A stretch of DNA of 32,000 bases, taken from Candidatus Baldrarchaeota archaeon. Lineage in GTDB: Archaea > Asgardarchaeota > Baldrarchaeia > Baldrarchaeales > DXJG01. This document shows positions 27,442-32,000 of this stretch, piece by piece (the first letter of the stretch is position 1; the number at the start of each line of letters is the position of its first letter). Under the pieces are notes generated by a model. That model searched no databases and had not been told where the DNA came from. It worked only from the letters and a program-made list of their open reading frames with translations. The position numbers and the translations under genes were made by a program. The stretch covers positions 1 to 32,000 of the forward strand of contig DXJG01000012.1 of the NCBI GenBank assembly GCA_019056805.1. The letters are read 5' to 3'.

Positions 27442-27462
27442 TTTGACGGCTTTCCCGTCAAA
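27442..27462. terminator. 8-bp stem hairpin between convergent genes
   Basis: tttgacgg-ctttc-ccgtcaaa, 45 nt after the stop at 27396. It overlaps the palindrome aaagaattcttt (27460-27471). Confidence 0.35.
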
Positions 27463-27716
27463 GAATTCTTTACCTACCACAGACAGATACTTCTAATGCT
27501 ATCACAATCCTCTAAGAATTGAATTTAACTTGCTCTCTTTCTTCTACATCTGTCAAGAAAGATATGGAGATAGCTAAAGAGAAAGATATGACGTCTTCTA
27601 TGTTCAATTAGCGGGAGAAAATAAATCAATATTATTAATAGTTGAAATAACAGTATAGAAAAAATCTAGAGATTTTTACAATTCATTTTTCAATCGTTAA
27701 TTTTGTGTTACTATGT

Positions 27717-28115
27717 TTATAGTGGTATGAACATTGTTTTTATTTGTTGTACTCCTCTCATTCCTCTAATTCTGCTTACGAGGTCAAGTATTCTTTTGTG
27801 TTCTCCCTCAGCGATGAAAATATCAAGGCAATATTGTTTACCTATGTGTCTATGTATGTTTTCTACAACTACGTCGTCAAACTCGTGTCTTACCTCGCTT
27901 AATCTTAACTCTATGTCCCTTCTTGCATATTCACGTGTAACCATAATTACTGTGACCACATTTTCGTTTTCGATCTTAGCAATTTCTGCTTCTGCCATTA
28001 AACTTCTTAGAGCGTCTCGAAAAGCTTCAGATCTACTATAATATCCTCTTGATTTTATAAATTCATCAAATTTCTTTAGAAGTTCACTTGGTAAAGTAAT
28101 ACTTACAACTGGCAT
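27717..28115 (-). CDS. nikR: Nickel-responsive regulator NikR (RHH + ACT-like nickel-binding domain)
   Basis: VVSITLPSELL..FD......GY.SRSEAFRDALR RHH domain. H-x10-H-x-H-x5-C spacing is identical to E. coli NikR H76/H87/H89/C95. GGTGAG RBS upstream. Confidence 0.9.
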   Translation of the reverse strand: MPVVSITLPSELLKKFDEFIKSRGYYSRSEAFRDALRSLMAEAEIAKIENENVVTVIMVTREYARRDIELRLSEVRHEFDDVVVENIHRHIGKQYCLDIFIAEGEHKRILDLVSRIRGMRGVQQIKTMFIPL

Positions 28116-28126
28116 ATTCTCACCAC

Positions 28127-28198
28127 ATATTAACTTAGTACCTATATACTAATACTACACTAATATTTTTTCCTCCTTTTTCAGCACTAAGTTAATAT
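28127..28198. promoter_or_regulatory. Perfect 13-bp inverted repeat plus a nested palindrome in the divergent nikR/ATPase promoter region
   Basis: atattaacttagt (28127-28139) and actaagttaatat (28186-28198) with a 46-bp spacer. Also ttagta-cctata-tactaa (28135-28152). Confidence 0.7.
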
Positions 28199-28243
28199 TT
28201 GACTTTTGGAAATTTACATGAGACATATTCTTGGGAGATAAAA

Positions 28244-30199
28244 ATGAATAAGAACGTAGAGAAACATGAGACCTTAGAAATAAGAGAAAGACATGGTGAA
28301 GAGGAAAGGGAAATTTGGATTTTTATAGCTATTGGTCTAGGTTTCACAATATTTTTATCAATATTATTGGATCGCTTGTTTGAAGGAATACCATTAGGCT
28401 TTATAATTCCCGTACTCAATGAGCCAGCAACCGTTACTTCAATACTTTATCATATAGTTGTATTTGTAGTAGGAATTTATGTTGGATATATGGGATTAAA
28501 AGAACTTGTTGTTGAAAAACGTTTTTCAGTTGAATTTTTAATGTCCGTGGCTGCACTAGGTGCATTATATTTAGATTTCCTGTTTGAAGGTGCTACAGTA
28601 CTACTATTATATTCATTATCCGAATATTTTGAAGACTATATTGAGGATAGGGCTAGAAAAACAGTAGAGAGACTTTCAAAATATATGCCTGATCAAGCTA
28701 TAGTATTAGAAAATGGATCAGAAAAAACTATACATGTAAAAGATGTAAAACCTGGAATGACAATATTAGTGAAGCCCGGTGAAAGAATACCTTTAGACGG
28801 CGTTGTGATTGATGGATCTTCCTATGTTGATCAATCTCTTGTAACAGGTGAATCAGTTCCCGTCTTTAAGAAAATGGGAGACACTGTTTACGCAGGAACA
28901 TTAAACACTGATGGAGTTCTTAAAATAAATGTGACTAAAAAGGCTGAAGAAACTCTTGTATCAAGAATTGTGAACCTGGTTTTAGAATCTAGGGAGAGAA
29001 AGGCATCTATTGAAAGATTAATTGATAAATTTGCCCGAGTATATGTGCCTATCGTAGTTTCACTAGCAGCGTTTACGGCGATAGTTATGCCTAGAATTAC
29101 TGGTTCATTTGAAATATGGTTCTATAGATCTCTAATACTTCTTGTTGTCTCTTGTCCAAGTGCTTTCGTAGTATCTGTACCTGCAACCATGTTTACTGCT
29201 ATAACTGCAGCAGCTCGAAAAGGTGTAATAATCAAGGGCGGAGTGTATATAGAGAAGATGGCTAGAGTGAAAACTATGGTTTTTGACAAAACAGGAACCT
29301 TAACTCTGGGTAAATTGAAGTTAAGTGAAATTCACACATTTAATGGACATGATGGAAAACAAGCACTTTTGTATGCAGCGGCACTGGAACAATATTCTAA
29401 TCATCCAGTTGCAGAAGCTATTGTAAATAAAGCATTAGAAGATGGGCTAGAATTCAGAGAACTCGAAGTAAAAGAAGTAAGGGAAATACCTGGAAAAGGT
29501 ATCCTTGGTTTAGTAAATGGAACCCAAGTAATTGTAGGTAACAAGGAGTTATTGAAGGAATATGGTTTTGATCTCGAAGTTTTGAATAAAATATCTGAAA
29601 GGCACGCTAGAATAATTGTTTCAATAAATAACTCGATAATTGCTACTTTCTGTGTTAAGGATGTTGTTAGAGAAGATGCCATAGAGGCGGTTAAAACTCT
29701 TAAGGCATATGGTGTTCGTACAGTAATGCTCACCGGAGACAAAACTGAAGTTGCTGAGGAAATTGCTAAAAAATTGGGTATTAATGAGTTTTATGGTGAT
29801 CTTCTCCCGGAAGACAAGTTGAGGATAGTGGATAAACTTAGAGCAAAAGATAGCTTGGTTGCTATGGTGGGAGATGGAGTAAATGATGCACCTGCATTAG
29901 CTGCTTCAGACGTAGGTATTGCTATGGGAGGGGGAGGCGTTGATGTAGCTTTAGAGTCAGCTGATATCGTGCTTGTTAAAGATGAGTTAATTCAAATTCC
30001 TTACATATACAAGTTGAGTGATAAAGCTGTCAAAATTGCAAAACAAAATATAGTTGCTTCGCTTGGAACCAAGCTTATTTTAGGTGCCTTGGGTTTCTTG
30101 GGATTAATTCCACTATGGTTTGCAGTAGCAACAGGAGATGATGGCGTTACATTATTACTACTCTTAAACACTTTACGTCTCGCTAAGATGAAAATTTAG
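28244..30199 (+). CDS. P1B-type heavy-metal-translocating ATPase (ZntA/CadA-like, CPS motif, no N-terminal HMA domain)
   Basis: TGES, SCPSA, DKTGTLT, SNHP, MLTGD, GDGVNDAP, KQNI..SL..K and D.G...N.LRL motifs. ATG 28244 follows a GGGAGA RBS (651 aa), preferred over TTG 28199. Confidence 0.92.
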   Translation: MNKNVEKHETLEIRERHGEEEREIWIFIAIGLGFTIFLSILLDRLFEGIPLGFIIPVLNEPATVTSILYHIVVFVVGIYVGYMGLKELVVEKRFSVEFLMSVAALGALYLDFLFEGATVLLLYSLSEYFEDYIEDRARKTVERLSKYMPDQAIVLENGSEKTIHVKDVKPGMTILVKPGERIPLDGVVIDGSSYVDQSLVTGESVPVFKKMGDTVYAGTLNTDGVLKINVTKKAEETLVSRIVNLVLESRERKASIERLIDKFARVYVPIVVSLAAFTAIVMPRITGSFEIWFYRSLILLVVSCPSAFVVSVPATMFTAITAAARKGVIIKGGVYIEKMARVKTMVFDKTGTLTLGKLKLSEIHTFNGHDGKQALLYAAALEQYSNHPVAEAIVNKALEDGLEFRELEVKEVREIPGKGILGLVNGTQVIVGNKELLKEYGFDLEVLNKISERHARIIVSINNSIIATFCVKDVVREDAIEAVKTLKAYGVRTVMLTGDKTEVAEEIAKKLGINEFYGDLLPEDKLRIVDKLRAKDSLVAMVGDGVNDAPALAASDVGIAMGGGGVDVALESADIVLVKDELIQIPYIYKLSDKAVKIAKQNIVASLGTKLILGALGFLGLIPLWFAVATGDDGVTLLLLLNTLRLAKMKI

Positions 30200-30218
30200 T
30201 TATCAATGAACTCCTTTG

Positions 30219-30947
30219 CTATTTGAATAATAGTTTTTTCAGATTTTCACCAAGCACTTTTCTCTTAGTTTTTTCATTTTCACATGCTTCTTCAATTTTT
30301 GTTAATTCAACACGTATATTCAAGTATGGAAAATCTGAACCAAAAAGTACACGATCCTCATCGACTTCTATCGCCTTAGCTATTGTGCTTGGGAGGACAA
30401 CTGCACTAGTTTCAACATATATGTTTTCATATTTTTCCATCACGCTGATACAAGCTTCTGAAAGATGACCTAAAATTATTGTCAAATCAGGATGTCTTTC
30501 CGCGACCAAAGCTATATATGACGGTGAAGCAAATCCCATGCCACTGTGAAATAGTATGGGAATTCCTAAGTTTTCTGCTTCTTTAAAAAGAGGATCGAAA
30601 GCAGGGTGATCTGGTCTAAAACACTCAACTATGGGATGAAGTTTTAACCCCTTTAACTCTAAATCTTCTATTGCAGTTTTTAATTGTTTAATGGCCTCGT
30701 CTTCGATTCGTGGATCTACACGAGCAAAACCTATCAATCTATCATTATATTTTTTTACTTCATTTGCTATTTCCCTATTTCTTTCGTCGTATTGTTGCCC
30801 AACAGATGGGTTTGCAAAAATCACAGCTTTTCTTATTCCATATTTATCCATTGCTTTAACAATTTCCTCACCGCTGACTGAAGGGTCAAATTTTGGAGTC
30901 CAAGGAGCTGATTTACCACAATGAACATGTGCATCCCATATCTCCAT
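30219..30947 (-). CDS. Amidohydrolase family (Amidohydro_2-like) TIM-barrel metal-dependent hydrolase
   Basis: DAHVH, KGLKLHP, ILFHSG, ILGHL, YVETS and VLFGSDFP motifs. GGAGGG RBS upstream. Confidence 0.9.
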   Translation of the reverse strand: MEIWDAHVHCGKSAPWTPKFDPSVSGEEIVKAMDKYGIRKAVIFANPSVGQQYDERNREIANEVKKYNDRLIGFARVDPRIEDEAIKQLKTAIEDLELKGLKLHPIVECFRPDHPAFDPLFKEAENLGIPILFHSGMGFASPSYIALVAERHPDLTIILGHLSEACISVMEKYENIYVETSAVVLPSTIAKAIEVDEDRVLFGSDFPYLNIRVELTKIEEACENEKTKRKVLGENLKKLLFK

Positions 30948-31014
30948 TAAAATCCCTCCCTTTCAATTATAAACATAATTTTGTTTGTATTAAATATCTC
31001 TAACAGGTTTAAAG

Positions 31015-32000
31015 TTAGTAGCCATATGGTAGACCGTCGCCTCGGACATCAGAAATGCCTATTAAAGTTCCATCCTTATATTTATATACTCCTTGAGCTA
31101 CACCAGTCCTTCCAGGATACTTTAACTTTATGTACATTTTATCGTTTGAAGTTTTGTAGCCTTCTTCGACAAGTATTTTTTCTCCGTTCCATAGGAATCT
31201 AGGTGCTTCTAAGGCTTCCCAAACGGGCATTTCATAATCAACTATATTGCTTACGAATAAGGCGTGTTGTTGTGGCCTGAAGTCGCCGCCACTTGCGCCT
31301 AGAGCTGCAAAAACACCTTCATCATCCTCTAAAAGTAAGGCTGAAAGAGTATGAAGTGAGCGTTTTCTTGGTTCTAATTTGTTAGGGCCCTCAAATTTAA
31401 AGTATGATCCACGATTGTTCAATGGAATTCCCAGGTTTTTTACAACTATACGGGATCCAAATGGATGAAATAAGCTTTGAATGGCTGAAACAATATTTCC
31501 CTCTTTATCAGCAATCGCAAAATACGTTGTATCTCCACTACTCAAGTTTAAGTTTTTAGTAGATTGAGGTATTTCTTTTAAAAGTTCTCGGGCAAAGCTC
31601 TTTGAAATGAATTTAGCTAAATCGATGTTAATATATCTTGGATCGCTTAGCTGGTTATCTCGTTCTCTGTAGGCAAGTTTCGCTACTTCTGTCACTAATC
31701 TTATTCTTTTTTCAGAAAAGGGATCGATATTTTTGAGGTTTAACTCTTCTAACATGTTTAACATGAGTAGAGTTGTTGCACCCATACTATTAGGTGGTAT
31801 TTCATAGACACGAATACCGTGGTAGGTTATGGATATTGGTTTACACCATTCAGGTTTGAAGTCGCTAAAATCTGAAACTGAAAAAACTTCTTCTCCCCTA
31901 TTTAGGTAGTTTACTATCTCCTCAGCTATCCAACCCTTATAGAAGACATCTGCCCCCTCATAAGCAATAGATTTTAAAACTTCAGCTAAATTTTTCTGTT
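31015..32000 (-). CDS. ggt: Gamma-glutamyltransferase family (Ntn hydrolase), 5' end truncated by the window edge
   Basis: The frame is open from the window end through QKNLAEVLKSIAYEGADVFYKGWIA and YHGIRVYEIPPNSMG. It contains the GDTTYFAIAD (N-terminal Thr nucleophile), PRKRSLHT and GASGG motifs. The ORF-track start at 31785 is an internal Met. Confidence 0.9.
   Translation of the reverse strand, partial: QKNLAEVLKSIAYEGADVFYKGWIAEEIVNYLNRGEEVFSVSDFSDFKPEWCKPISITYHGIRVYEIPPNSMGATTLLMLNMLEELNLKNIDPFSEKRIRLVTEVAKLAYRERDNQLSDPRYINIDLAKFISKSFARELLKEIPQSTKNLNLSSGDTTYFAIADKEGNIVSAIQSLFHPFGSRIVVKNLGIPLNNRGSYFKFEGPNKLEPRKRSLHTLSALLLEDDEGVFAALGASGGDFRPQQHALFVSNIVDYEMPVWEALEAPRFLWNGEKILVEEGYKTSNDKMYIKLKYPGRTGVAQGVYKYKDGTLIGISDVRGDGLPYGY

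Noticed and set aside
27397-27716. Minus-strand fragment KYLSVVGKEFFDGKAVK*IVNVFAQKLVMQ downstream of nikR
   Set aside because: It is short, flanked by multiple stops and not assignable to any family.
59-31202. Short ORF-track calls overlapping long genes on the opposite strand or another frame (e.g. 59-256, 421-666, 2291-2563, 7428-7688, 8591-8998, 9264-9623, 9297-9641, 16348-16731, 19180-19419, 19714-20013, 21592-21852, 27703-28041, 28192-28419, 29401-29742, 30223-30468, 30981-31202)
   Set aside because: They are nested in or antisense to well-supported genes, have shadow-type S/I/F-rich composition and show no recognisable motifs.
22087-32000. Functional link between the CofE-like gamma-glutamyl ligase and the gamma-glutamyltransferase
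   Set aside because: They are about 8 kb apart, on opposite strands and separated by unrelated genes. Shared chemistry alone is not evidence.
1-32000. Search by eye for tRNA/rRNA genes, CRISPR arrays, transposases, integrases and inteins
   Set aside because: No cloverleaf-like GC-rich stems, regularly spaced direct repeats or diagnostic motifs were seen. tRNAscan-SE, Infernal and CRISPR finders would be needed to exclude small RNAs formally.

Overview
AT-rich archaeal-type chromosomal window. Evidence for archaeal origin: GGAGGT/AGGTGA-type ribosome-binding sites, frequent TTG/GTG starts, a CofE-like gene, and sequon-rich proteins with C-terminal TM anchors. The lineage cannot be fixed without a database search. 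No rRNA, tRNA, CRISPR array, transposase or integrase is recognisable. About 14 kb encodes four large secreted, C-terminally membrane-anchored proteins. Two are paralogues (1929-6509 and 23242-27396) built as glycoside-hydrolase-like TIM barrel + GH42-trimerisation-like domain + parallel beta-helix + Ig-like stalk. The other two are a stand-alone beta-helix protein and a PPC-repeat/jelly-roll adhesin-like protein. Between them are: an acetamidase/formamidase-family gene; a FabG-like SDR; a 4-hydroxybutyryl-CoA dehydratase-family protein whose known catalytic residues are all substituted; an MBL hydrolase; DUF169; a decayed DUF5320/ferredoxin operon with an MBL pseudogene remnant; a SAM methyltransferase; a toxin-antitoxin-like nucleotidyltransferase pair; a CofE-like ligase; a NikR regulator divergent from a CPS-motif P1B ATPase; an amidohydrolase; and a gamma-glutamyltransferase cut by the window edge. 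Non-coding highlights are a 24-bp near-perfect inverted repeat just upstream of the adhesin-like gene and a perfect 13-bp inverted repeat in the nikR/ATPase intergenic region. All family assignments come from motif recognition by eye, not from database searches.
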